A DNA stretch of 64,000 nt. Origin: Candidatus Poribacteria bacterium (GTDB lineage: Bacteria; Poribacteria; WGA-4E; GCA-2687025). Where the stretch lies: contig OY762492.1 of the NCBI GenBank assembly GCA_963665845.2, positions 3,392,001 through 3,456,000 on the forward strand, in the 5' to 3' direction. The translations under genes and the position numbers were made by a program. Numbering within the stretch: position 1 is the stretch's first letter; each line of letters begins with the position of its first letter. Shown here piece by piece: positions 9,885 through 18,769 of this stretch. The notes beneath the pieces were generated by a model. That model made no database searches. It was not told the DNA's origin and saw only the letters and a program-made list of their open reading frames with translations.

Positions 9885-9972
9885 GGCCGCGTCCGATTCC
9901 CCCTTGAAAGGGAGCTAGGGGGGTTTAAAGGACGGACGCTTGGGGTTAAAAAATGAAGTTCATCGCATAAGC
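9885..9972. repeat. Partial composite repeat (CCCCTTGAAAGGG..CTAGGGGGG module plus ATGAAGTTCATCGC motif)
   Basis: Matches modules at 6881-6912, 53843-53985 and, inverted, 62757-62773. Confidence 0.65.
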
Positions 9973-10006
9973 GCGCCGGTCCTGAAATAGCGCGGCAAAC
10001 CGCGTT

Positions 10007-10861
10007 TTAGGTTAAATGGAAGAGCCGCTCTAGGGCGAGGGCGGCTCCGTCCTCGTCGTTTCCGCCTGTGACGAAGTCGGCGGCGCGGCGCACTTTTTCT
10101 GGCGCGTTTGCCATGGCGGCGCCGCATCCGCAGGCGCGCAGCAGATCTATGTCGTTCAGGTTGTCGCCGACCGCCGCCGTCTCTTTGAGCGTGAAGCCGT
10201 TCGACGCCGCATAGGTCTGCGCCGCAAACGCTTTGGAGGCGTCCGCATGGAGCGCTTCTAAAAACCAGTGGGATCCGTCGTAGAGTCCGCCGGAGGTCAT
10301 CAGCCGGACGCCGGGAAGGCGAAACCCGGACGCAAGCGCCGCCTCCACCTTCTCTCTCGGTTCAATGGCGACCGCTTGAAGCGGAATCCAGCCCGCCCGC
10401 TCCGACAACGGCGCCTCGTCCGCGCGCGCCTCCTCCGCATTCGCGTCTAAATAACGGGCGAATACATCGTTTGGAGAAACGCCGCGCCAGCGCAGCTCCG
10501 CCGTTCCGTTGGAAACGCCGTATGCGAACGGGTCGCAGTCCCAGGCGGCGAAAGCGTCTCGCAGCGTCTCCAGCGCGCCGCTCGGCAGCGGCTTCATGAA
10601 CAGAATTTTGCCCGTCTGTCCGTCGGCGGCGGCGGCTCCGTTGTGCGCAATGAGCGCATAGGGTCCTTTGAAGGCGGACATCGCGCGGCGCGCCGCCGTC
10701 AGGTTGCGCCCCGTCGCAATGAGCAGCTGTACGCCGCGGTCGGTCAGGCGGTTCAAGACGCGCAGGGTACGCTCGGAGAGACGCTTCTCGGTCGTCAGCA
10801 GCGTGCCGTCTAAGTCGAGCGCCGCCGCTTTAAACCGTCTCATCTTTTTCGCCGCCTTCAT
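10007..10861 (-). CDS. Cof-type HAD-superfamily hydrolase
   Basis: DLDGTLL, ATGR and GDNLNDIDLL...AMANA motifs. Confidence 0.92.
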   Translation of the reverse strand: MKAAKKMRRFKAAALDLDGTLLTTEKRLSERTLRVLNRLTDRGVQLLIATGRNLTAARRAMSAFKGPYALIAHNGAAAADGQTGKILFMKPLPSGALETLRDAFAAWDCDPFAYGVSNGTAELRWRGVSPNDVFARYLDANAEEARADEAPLSERAGWIPLQAVAIEPREKVEAALASGFRLPGVRLMTSGGLYDGSHWFLEALHADASKAFAAQTYAASNGFTLKETAAVGDNLNDIDLLRACGCGAAMANAPEKVRRAADFVTGGNDEDGAALALERLFHLT

Positions 10862-10912
10862 TCAACTTCCTGTTCTGTCCGCCGTTCGAAGCGGCGTCTG
10901 CCCGCTGTCTGC

Positions 10913-11086
10913 CATTCCCGCCCACGCGGGAATCTAGAGTATAACAGACGACGTCCGCGCCCGGCTCTCATGCCCGTCCCCACTCCTCGTCCCCCGCTTC
11001 CCCGTTTTCACGAGGACATGCATTCCCGCGCCTCATAGCCTGCCCCCGTGAAAACGGGGGTCATTCCCGCGCAAGCGGGAATCTTA
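10913..11086. repeat. dRS3/REP-like palindrome cluster with CCCCCGTGAAAACGGGGG modules
   Basis: ATTCCC-N8-GGGAAT near 10914 and 11063. The segment 10983-11072 is approximately the reverse complement of 18632-18718. Confidence 0.8.
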
Positions 11087-11182
11087 GTACCTTGAACAGG
11101 TTGCGCCGCCCTCCGCGCTCGTGTATGATCTTTATGAAGATGTTTTGAAATCGCAGGAGATGAGTACGGAAAGGACGCCGAC

Positions 11183-12382
11183 ATGATGATCTGGACGCCG
11201 CAAGGCGCTGACACAAAACGATTCGCTCTCCGCCTGACGCTGATTGCCGCCGCCCTTGCCGCAGTTGCGGGCGGCGCATGGTTCCTGTCCACTACCGCGC
11301 ACAGCGCCGCGCCGAAGCCAAAAAAATGTCAATGCATTCCTGAGAATGGTCTGGAGTTCAAGGACTGGCAAGCGGGGCCGGAGCGTGTCCACTACATTCC
11401 GGAGCGGAGACCGAGGAAGACCTTCATCACAAACCGGCAGACGTTTTGCAAAGTTTATGCAGAAGCTGGGACTGTATGTCCCGAAGATGCCGACATCCCC
11501 CCGATAGAGTGGTATTGGTTTCCATCAATGACACATGGTTTCAAGTTGCGGCCGAGAGGCATGTTTGCAGGGCTATGGATGGAGGGGCGCTTCATTTATT
11601 GGGGCTCAGGCTTTGGGGACAGACATGAGCCCCAGAGCTGCGCAGGCAACGGACGGGGCAATACTCCGATGCGCATTGACCTCACTTTAGAAGCCTTATA
11701 TGAGTGTCCTTCTTTCTGCGGGCGTTGCGGGGCATTTCCTGCGTGTCCTATGTGGGGAGTAAAGCGTACTTATACCGCCAATCTTGTCCTGACCCAGGAC
11801 CCGATAGACGAGATTCGGCAGGAGTATGTCGACCATGATGACCATCCTAAGTTAGGCGCAATTTCCGTTCCCAGCCGCGGCGATTTTAAGGCAAAAGTCG
11901 ATCTCTATGCGCCGACCTCGGACCCGCCCAACTGGATGGTGGATACGGGGAGTGGGCGCGCCGAGTACCATGCCAGCTGGGCGAAACACTGCACGGATGT
12001 ATTGAGAGAAAAGGTGAAAGAGCGTCTGAAAAAACAGGGGATGGGAGAAAAGGAGGCGAAAGAGAAGGCGGACACGTATACGCTCACGGTGGATGATCTG
12101 CCGATCAACAGTGGTTACCGAAATCCCGAGCACAACTGGGAGCATGTGAAGGCGCAGAGTAAAAAGTATAAACCGGCTTGGCACAGTGAGCATCAATACG
12201 GCACTGCGCTGGACGTTAACGCCCGCAATATCGATATGGACGACGACGGAGAAAGCGGCACGGATGCGGACAAAGACCTAATGATGAAAGCCGCGGAAGC
12301 GTCGTTTGCTGCTTTCGGCGTAGGCGGCCACACACAAAGATACGGCAACACCAACCATGTCCATGCGGATTGGAGGCCTTAG
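11183..12382 (+). CDS. Exported Cys-rich protein with a C-terminal peptidase M15A-type (D-Ala-D-Ala Zn peptidase fold) domain
   Basis: Signal/TM segment followed by a Cys-rich region. INSGYRNPEHN, SEHQYGTALD (SxHxxGxAxD) and HVHAD (HxH) motifs. Confidence 0.8.
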   Translation: MMIWTPQGADTKRFALRLTLIAAALAAVAGGAWFLSTTAHSAAPKPKKCQCIPENGLEFKDWQAGPERVHYIPERRPRKTFITNRQTFCKVYAEAGTVCPEDADIPPIEWYWFPSMTHGFKLRPRGMFAGLWMEGRFIYWGSGFGDRHEPQSCAGNGRGNTPMRIDLTLEALYECPSFCGRCGAFPACPMWGVKRTYTANLVLTQDPIDEIRQEYVDHDDHPKLGAISVPSRGDFKAKVDLYAPTSDPPNWMVDTGSGRAEYHASWAKHCTDVLREKVKERLKKQGMGEKEAKEKADTYTLTVDDLPINSGYRNPEHNWEHVKAQSKKYKPAWHSEHQYGTALDVNARNIDMDDDGESGTDADKDLMMKAAEASFAAFGVGGHTQRYGNTNHVHADWRP

Positions 12383-12384
12383 AA

Positions 12385-13143
12385 ATGACGACTCGCGCGC
12401 TCGCAAAAATCATGTTGGCGGCCGGGGTCTGTGTTTTGTTGGCGTTTGGATACATGGCGCTCAAATACGGAGGCAAACCGGAGCCGGAGCCTGAGTTCAT
12501 TCAAACGCCGAAGGCAGAGCCGCAAGCCCCCGTTCCCGAGCCGGAGCCGCAAAAGCCCGCCCCCGCGCCTTTAAAAGAAGAGGTCAAACCGTCGGTTGAT
12601 TCCACAGAAAGCGCCAACGCCCCAGACACGCCGTTGGATCCTGACGCGACTGCCTGGGACAAGGTGGAGCATATCCGCAACAACCTGCATCTCTACGGGA
12701 CTTTCCACCCAGACGCCGACGCCATCATCGCGCAATTGATGCCTCCCCCCGACGGATTTTTGAACGCAAAATCGGGGTTTACCGAATGCGGCGAATTCAT
12801 TCATGACGAGGCGGGGTCAGAACAGGTGATCGCGCTGTTCAAGCAGCTGATCCCATTGAAGGACCCTCGCACCGCAGAACTGCTCGTACGATACAGCTAC
12901 GAGTACGGCACTAGAAGCGCCACGTGGTCGCGCGCTCTGGTGACTTTGGGCGCGCCCAGCATCCCGTTCTTATTGGAGCATGCGGATGACAAAGTGTGGG
13001 GCGATTCTGTGGCCGTGCAGTTGAAAAGGATTGTCGACCGCCATCCTGATTTGGACCCCGACATCGTGACCGATATCCTTGAGCCGCTGTTTGAGAAGCA
13101 TAAAGGCTGGATCCAGCAGCATCAGGAATGGGGTACACTGTAA
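12385..13143 (+). CDS. Membrane-anchored hypothetical protein with a Pro-rich linker and HEAT-like helical domain (paralog A)
   Basis: N-terminal TM, PEP-rich linker, KVEHIRNNLHLYGTFHP and LGAPSIPFLL. GGAGG RBS lies within the end of the peptidase gene. Confidence 0.8.
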   Translation: MTTRALAKIMLAAGVCVLLAFGYMALKYGGKPEPEPEFIQTPKAEPQAPVPEPEPQKPAPAPLKEEVKPSVDSTESANAPDTPLDPDATAWDKVEHIRNNLHLYGTFHPDADAIIAQLMPPPDGFLNAKSGFTECGEFIHDEAGSEQVIALFKQLIPLKDPRTAELLVRYSYEYGTRSATWSRALVTLGAPSIPFLLEHADDKVWGDSVAVQLKRIVDRHPDLDPDIVTDILEPLFEKHKGWIQQHQEWGTL

Positions 13144-13167
13144 CTCTGATACCGGGCGGATTTAGAG

Positions 13168-13926
13168 ATGAGGACCCGCGCGCTCGCAATGATCATGTTG
13201 GCGGTCGGAGTCTGCGTTTTGTTGGCGTTTGGATATGCGGCTCTCAAATACCGAGGCAAACCCGCGCCGGAACCTGAAATCATCCAAACGCCGAAGGCGC
13301 AGTCCCCCGCCCCTGAACCAGAGCAGCCGCAAACGCCTGTCTCCGCGCCTTTAGAGGAGGTCAAGCCGTCGGTTGAGCCTACAGAAAGCGCCGACGCGCC
13401 AGTCGCCCCGTTGGATCCTGACGCGACTGCCTGGGACAAGGTGGAGCATATCCGCAACAACCTGCATCTCTACGGGACTTTCCATCCGGACGCCGACGCG
13501 ATCATCGCGCAATTGATGCCCCCGCCCGACGGATTTTTGAACGCAAAGTCGGGATTTACCGAGTGCGGCGAATTTATTCATGACGAGGCGGCTGATGAAC
13601 TGGTGATCGCGCTATTCAAGCAGCTGATCCCGTTGAACGATCCGCGGTCTGCAGAACTGCTCGCGCGGTACCTATACGAGTACGGCTCGGGGGGTACTTC
13701 GTGGACACGCGCTCTGGTGAACTTGGGAGCGCCGAGCATTCCCTTCTTGTTGGATCATGTAAAGATGGAGGATGGCGCGTCTAGGTCTTCCGTGGTCGTT
13801 GAGTTGAAAAGTATCGTCAACCGTCACCCCGATTTGGACCCCGACATCGTGACCGATATTCTTGAGCCTCTGTTTGAGCAGCACATATCGCTGATCCAGA
13901 AGTATCAGGAAATGGGCATACTGTAA
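13168..13926 (+). CDS. Membrane-anchored hypothetical protein (paralog B)
   Basis: Highly similar to paralog A, differing mainly in the linker and the YEYG..VxLK segment. Confidence 0.8.
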   Translation: MRTRALAMIMLAVGVCVLLAFGYAALKYRGKPAPEPEIIQTPKAQSPAPEPEQPQTPVSAPLEEVKPSVEPTESADAPVAPLDPDATAWDKVEHIRNNLHLYGTFHPDADAIIAQLMPPPDGFLNAKSGFTECGEFIHDEAADELVIALFKQLIPLNDPRSAELLARYLYEYGSGGTSWTRALVNLGAPSIPFLLDHVKMEDGASRSSVVVELKSIVNRHPDLDPDIVTDILEPLFEQHISLIQKYQEMGIL

Positions 13927-13954
13927 TCCTGATTCCTCCTTGGGAGCCTTAGAA

Positions 13955-14722
13955 ATGACGACCCGCCGCCTCGCTGTGATCTTGGGTTGCGTCGGAGCTC
14001 TTGTATTCTTGGCGTTTGGATACGCGGCGCTCAAATACCGAGGCAAACCCGCGCCTGCGCCTGAGATCGTTCAATCGCCTGTGGTTCAGACCCCAGAACC
14101 CTCGCCGCCCGTTTTCGAACCGCCGAAGACGCCGCCGCCTGAACCGAAGACGCCTGAACCGCTGGCAGACGCGGAGATTAAACCGAAGGCTGCGCGAAAA
14201 GAATCGGCAGCGGAGCAGAAGGCTCCGTTGGATCCCGCGCGCGTCGCAGCCGCCCGAGAGAAGGTGGAGCATATCCGCAACAACCTGCATCTCTACGGAA
14301 CTTTTCATCCCGAAGCGGACGAGATCATTGACCAATTGCTGCCTGTTCCGGTGGAAGGTGTGGACGAGGCGGAGGCAGAGGAGGCGCTTGTTTTGTTCGA
14401 GCGGCTCATCTCTTTGAACGATCCGCGCGCTGCAGAACCGCTCGTGCGATGGCAAATCGCGGGACCTGCGAACAGCGGCGCATGGGGGGACGCTATGATA
14501 GAGTTGGGCGCGCCTTGCATTCCGTTCTTATTGGAGTATGCGGATGACGATTTGATGGGTACAGATGTTGCCATAGATTTGAAAATGATCGTCAACCGCC
14601 ACCCCGATTTGGACCCCGACATCGTGACCTATATCCTTGAGCCGCTGTTTGAAAAGCACAAACGCTGGTTCGAGCTTCGCCAGGAATGGGGCATACTGCC
14701 GAGCGGCATACTAGAACCTTGA
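13955..14722 (+). CDS. Membrane-anchored hypothetical protein (paralog C)
   Basis: Same conserved blocks (KVEHIRNNLHLYGTFHP, RHPDLDPDIVT) with a more divergent core. Confidence 0.8.
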   Translation: MTTRRLAVILGCVGALVFLAFGYAALKYRGKPAPAPEIVQSPVVQTPEPSPPVFEPPKTPPPEPKTPEPLADAEIKPKAARKESAAEQKAPLDPARVAAAREKVEHIRNNLHLYGTFHPEADEIIDQLLPVPVEGVDEAEAEEALVLFERLISLNDPRAAEPLVRWQIAGPANSGAWGDAMIELGAPCIPFLLEYADDDLMGTDVAIDLKMIVNRHPDLDPDIVTYILEPLFEKHKRWFELRQEWGILPSGILEP

Positions 14723-14761
14723 TTCCTCCTCGGAAGGCGTTAGAAGGACTCCCCGCCCATT

Positions 14762-16987
14762 TCACAGCGCGCTGATCGGATCCATGTCAACCACAATAGA
14801 CGCGGGTCCTTTCGCCGTTTGAAGCGCCGCGCGCGCCGCCCGCCGAAGAGCGCGCGCGTCCTCATGACATAAAAAAAGATGCCAGCGAAACTGATTGCGC
14901 AGCTTCGAAAAGCGCGCCGGCGCCGGACCCTTGACAACAACGCCCGTCTCCTCCGCATGCGCCTTCAGCGCGTCGCCGAGCTTGTAGGCGGTCTCCCTTG
15001 TCCGATCTTCGATCTCATCATGAATCAAGAAACGCAGCGCATGCGTGAACGGCGGATACCCGTATTCGCTCCGCGCCTCCATTTCCTCCTGTTGAAACGC
15101 TTCATAATCGTGCCGGCTTGCCGCTTCGATGCTGTAATGCCCCGGCTGATACGATTGAAAGATCGCCTCGCCGCCCAGCTCGCCGCGCCCTGACCTGCCC
15201 GCCGCCTGCGTCAACAGGTTGAACGAACGCTCGCTCGCGCGAAAATCGGGCAGATGCAGCGCCGTCTCTGCCAGAATCACCCCGACCAGCGTCACGCGCG
15301 GAAAGTCCAGCCCCTTCGCAATCATCTGCGTTCCGACCAGTATGTCGATCTCCCCTGCGCGAAACGCGGACAAGATGCGCGCATGCGAATCGCGCCCTGA
15401 AGTGGAGTCGGCGTCCATCCGTTGAACGCGCGCCGCCGGAAACGCCTCCTGCGTCATCTGCTCAATCTGCTGCGTTCCGAGTCCGAGTTGGCGGATTCGC
15501 GCGCTGCCGCATCTGCCGCACCGTTCAGGCATCCTGCGCGTATGGCTGCAGTGGTGGCACAGCATCAGCCGGCGCCAATTATGGTAGGTCAAGGTGATGT
15601 GGCAGTTTTTGCAGATTTCGGGCTGTCCGCAGTCTCGGCAGAACACGTAGGTGGAATGCCCGCGGCGGTTCAAAAGCAGCAGCGTCTGCTCGCGCCGTTT
15701 CAGCCGCTGTTCAACCGCCGAGCGCAGCTCCCTTGAAAACGGCGTTCGGTTGCCCGCCTTCAGCTCCTCGCGCATATCAACGACGCGCACGGGCGGAAGC
15801 GGTATGTCCAGAACCCGCTTTTTGAGGCGCAGCATCCGATCCGTTCCCTCTAACGCGCGGCGCATGCTTTCCAGCGACGGCGTCGCGGAGCCTAAGATGA
15901 AACAGGCGTTGGACTGTTCAGCGCGGCGGCGCGCCGTTTCGCGGGCATGGTAACGCGGCGCCGGCTCCTGCTGCTTATAGCTTTCCGCATGCTCCTCGTC
16001 GATGATCAGGATGCCGAGGTTTGAAAGCGGCGCAAACACCGCCGAGCGCGGACCGACGACGATGTCCGCTTCTCCGCGCCGTATGCGCATCCATTCATCG
16101 CGCCGCTTTGCGTCGGACAGCCTGCTATGGAGAACGGCGACTCGGTCGCCGAAACGCGCTCTCAAACGGCGCGAGGTTTGGGGAGTCAGGGCGATCTCCG
16201 GCACCAGGACGAGCGCCGAACGCCCCCGCGCGACGGCCTCCTGCATCGCCTGCATATACACCTCCGTTTTGCCGCTGCCGGTGACTCCGTAAAGCAGGAA
16301 ACGGGAGGCGGTCTCCGACAGGACAGCGGCGCGCAGCGCTTCATACGCGGCAGCCTGCTCTGGGTTCAGCTGAAGCGGGGAATCGTTCAATTCAAACGAC
16401 GCGCTCTGCTCAGGCGGCGCGCCGCTTTCTTTAGGGAGAGGCTCCACAATTGCCAGCCCCAGCGCCTGCAGAGCGCGCGCCGTATTATGGGACGCATCCG
16501 CCGCCCGTACTGCAGACGCGGCGGGTATCGGCTCCGCCTGTCTGCATAGGTACTCCAGCAGGGCGGCTTGCTTCGGCGCTTTTTTCTGTTTCAGTTCCGC
16601 CTGCTCCAGCGCCTGTTCGGGCGCAACGGCGAGCCGTATGCCGAGGGGGCGCCGCGGTTGTCGCCGCGCGCTGGACGGGGACGCCGCGGCCAGCGCCTCC
16701 CCCCATGAACAGAGATAGTAGCCGCCGACCCAGCGGCACAGCTCCAGCATCTCCCGCGAAAAAAAAGGCGTCTCATCCAGACAGCTCAACAACGGCAGCA
16801 CGCGCGCCGCCTCCACGCCCGCCTCGCCGCTCAAACCGACCGCGGCGCCCTCCAAACGCCGCCCGTTGAACGAAGCCGTCACGCGGCATCCTTCCTGTAC
16901 GGTACCGATCAGCTCGTCGGGAACGCGGTAAGAAAACTGCCGGTCGACAGGCACCGGAAACGCGACCGAAACGTATAGTTCGGACAT
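14762..16987 (-). CDS. priA: Primosomal protein N' (replication restart helicase)
   Basis: GVTGSGKTEVY, IIDEEH, LNRRG, four CxxC pairs and GTQMIAKGLDFP. The likely start is the ATG at 16987 (MSELYV), just after the upstream stop. Confidence 0.97.
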   Translation of the reverse strand: MSELYVSVAFPVPVDRQFSYRVPDELIGTVQEGCRVTASFNGRRLEGAAVGLSGEAGVEAARVLPLLSCLDETPFFSREMLELCRWVGGYYLCSWGEALAAASPSSARRQPRRPLGIRLAVAPEQALEQAELKQKKAPKQAALLEYLCRQAEPIPAASAVRAADASHNTARALQALGLAIVEPLPKESGAPPEQSASFELNDSPLQLNPEQAAAYEALRAAVLSETASRFLLYGVTGSGKTEVYMQAMQEAVARGRSALVLVPEIALTPQTSRRLRARFGDRVAVLHSRLSDAKRRDEWMRIRRGEADIVVGPRSAVFAPLSNLGILIIDEEHAESYKQQEPAPRYHARETARRRAEQSNACFILGSATPSLESMRRALEGTDRMLRLKKRVLDIPLPPVRVVDMREELKAGNRTPFSRELRSAVEQRLKRREQTLLLLNRRGHSTYVFCRDCGQPEICKNCHITLTYHNWRRLMLCHHCSHTRRMPERCGRCGSARIRQLGLGTQQIEQMTQEAFPAARVQRMDADSTSGRDSHARILSAFRAGEIDILVGTQMIAKGLDFPRVTLVGVILAETALHLPDFRASERSFNLLTQAAGRSGRGELGGEAIFQSYQPGHYSIEAASRHDYEAFQQEEMEARSEYGYPPFTHALRFLIHDEIEDRTRETAYKLGDALKAHAEETGVVVKGPAPARFSKLRNQFRWHLFLCHEDARALRRAARAALQTAKGPASIVVDMDPISAL

Positions 16988-16988
16988 A

Positions 16989-18116
16989 TCAGGCGCGTTC
17001 CAGTTCCGTTTTGACAAGCGCCATATGCATCTTTCCCTCCCTGTCCATGCGCGTTCGGGCGTTGGCCGGGGCGTCCAGATCCATCATGAGCTGACTTCCG
17101 TCGATCCAGGTAACGCGCCGTTGAAACGCGCTGGAGGGCGGACCTTCCAGGGGGTGCGTCGGCATGACGCGGACGCCGTTGACCTCCGAAAAAACGCCCA
17201 GCTCAAACTCCGCCTCGATCAGCGCCGACGCCGCCTCCTCGCCCAGCGCGACAATCACCCGCGGCTGAATGCGCTCAATCTGCCGAAGCAGATACGGACG
17301 GCAACGCTCCGTCTCCCGCCAAAACGCGCGCCCGTCTGTCGACAAACGGCATTTTAAAAGGTATGCTACATACACATCCTCTCGGCGCAGGTCCGCCGCT
17401 GCGATCAGGCTTTCCAAGCGCGTTTTCGGCTCCGGCATCTGATACGGCTTCCCTTTTCGATCCTCCGCTCCGCCTGGCGCCAGCCCAATCAGCATGAGGT
17501 CGGCGTCCGGCTTGCCTTCTCCAAAAACGACATGCTTTCGTTCAAGATGAAGCCGGCAGCGCCGGCAGCCGCTCGCCTCTTCAGCCAGCGCGGACAGCTC
17601 CATGCCGGCAAACGAAATCTCGGCGTCGAGAGTAAAGGCGGAATCGCGCAGCGGAAAGGAGCGGTTTCGGAACGATTCAACATCGCCCTTGGCGTCCGCC
17701 GCGCCGATCATGCCTAAAGCCTGCGCGATCCATGTTAAATAGGAGCGCGCCAGCTCTTTGTCCATATCGCTGTCGCCGGGGTGGGCGGCGGCGTTTCGCG
17801 CCGAGCGGATCAGATAGGTCAAGCTTTGGAACATGCGGTCGGTTCCGAAATCGTTCTCAAACGCCTCGCGCCAGTAGGTTCGGACAATGTCAGGAAAGTC
17901 GCCGATGTCGAGCGCGGCGCCGACATTTCCGCCGTTTTCCAGCAGCGTTCGGTTGAATTGGCTCGCGCGGTCTCGATGCATCGCGTCGCTGACGAGCGTT
18001 TGCAGGTTGCCGCGCCCCTGGATTCGCTTCAGCGCTTTTGGAATAAAGACGCGCATCTCGTCTCGGTACACAGTTAGAGCGTCGTTTAGAACGGCGATGT
18101 TGGGCGTTTGCGGCAT
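16989..18116 (-). CDS. Fusion of a Swt1-like HEPN domain and a degenerate family-4 uracil-DNA glycosylase domain
   Basis: N-half: LDIGDF..YWREAF..RNAAAH. C-half: [53 protein letters not shown] before the ATG at 18116. Confidence 0.8.
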   Translation of the reverse strand: MPQTPNIAVLNDALTVYRDEMRVFIPKALKRIQGRGNLQTLVSDAMHRDRASQFNRTLLENGGNVGAALDIGDFPDIVRTYWREAFENDFGTDRMFQSLTYLIRSARNAAAHPGDSDMDKELARSYLTWIAQALGMIGAADAKGDVESFRNRSFPLRDSAFTLDAEISFAGMELSALAEEASGCRRCRLHLERKHVVFGEGKPDADLMLIGLAPGGAEDRKGKPYQMPEPKTRLESLIAAADLRREDVYVAYLLKCRLSTDGRAFWRETERCRPYLLRQIERIQPRVIVALGEEAASALIEAEFELGVFSEVNGVRVMPTHPLEGPPSSAFQRRVTWIDGSQLMMDLDAPANARTRMDREGKMHMALVKTELERA

Positions 18117-18196
18117 GGCTCTCTCCAAGAGCGTCGCGGCATTTGCCCATTCTAACACAGACGCCCCGCCCGTTCGATGCGCCTTCCGTCGGGTTC

Positions 18197-18720
18197 GTCA
18201 TTCCCGCCCTTGCCCTGCGGTAAAACGCGCGGGAATCTTAGGCGCTGCCGAAACCGCCCGTGTTCGCCCCAGGCGTCCATCCTACCCGCCGTCATTCCCG
18301 CCCTTGCGGTAAAACATGCGGGAATCCAGAGTCTACCCGAAACCGTCCGCGTTCACCTCAAACGTCCATACCGCCCGCCGCGCGGAAACCCCCAGCCCCC
18401 TTTCAAGGGGAGTTTAGCCGCCGCCGCTGTTGTCGTCTGAACTAGGATTGCCAAGATTGAAAAGATTGCCAAGAAATTTCCGTGCGCCGCTATCTTGGCA
18501 ATCTTAGTAATCCTTTCATCCTAGTTCAAACCGACTTCAGCCCGCGCGCCCTTTAAGATTCCCGTTTTCACGGGAATGACGGGGAGGAGGCGCGGGAATG
18601 ACCCCCGTTTTCACGGGGGCAGGCTATGAGGCGCGGGAATGACCCCCGTTTTCACGGGGGCAGGCTATGAGGCGCGGGAATGCATATCCTCGTGAAAACG
18701 GGGAAGCGGGGGATGAGTCG
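18197..18720. repeat. Dense mosaic of palindromic repeats, including 41-bp tandem units and a long hairpin
   Basis: Several GTCATTCCCG..CGGGAAT palindromes, the tandem unit GAGGCGCGGGAATGACCCCCGTTTTCACGGGGGCAGGCTAT, and a hairpin at 18438-18528. Confidence 0.85.
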
Positions 18721-18769
18721 CCGGCGCGGGCATGATTGCCGGACGCGCACGGCTTTTGCGCCGCCTTGC

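Noticed and set aside
18586-18682. 41-bp tandem repeats as a mini-CRISPR
   Set aside because: These are head-to-tail identical units without spacers and form part of the repeat mosaic.
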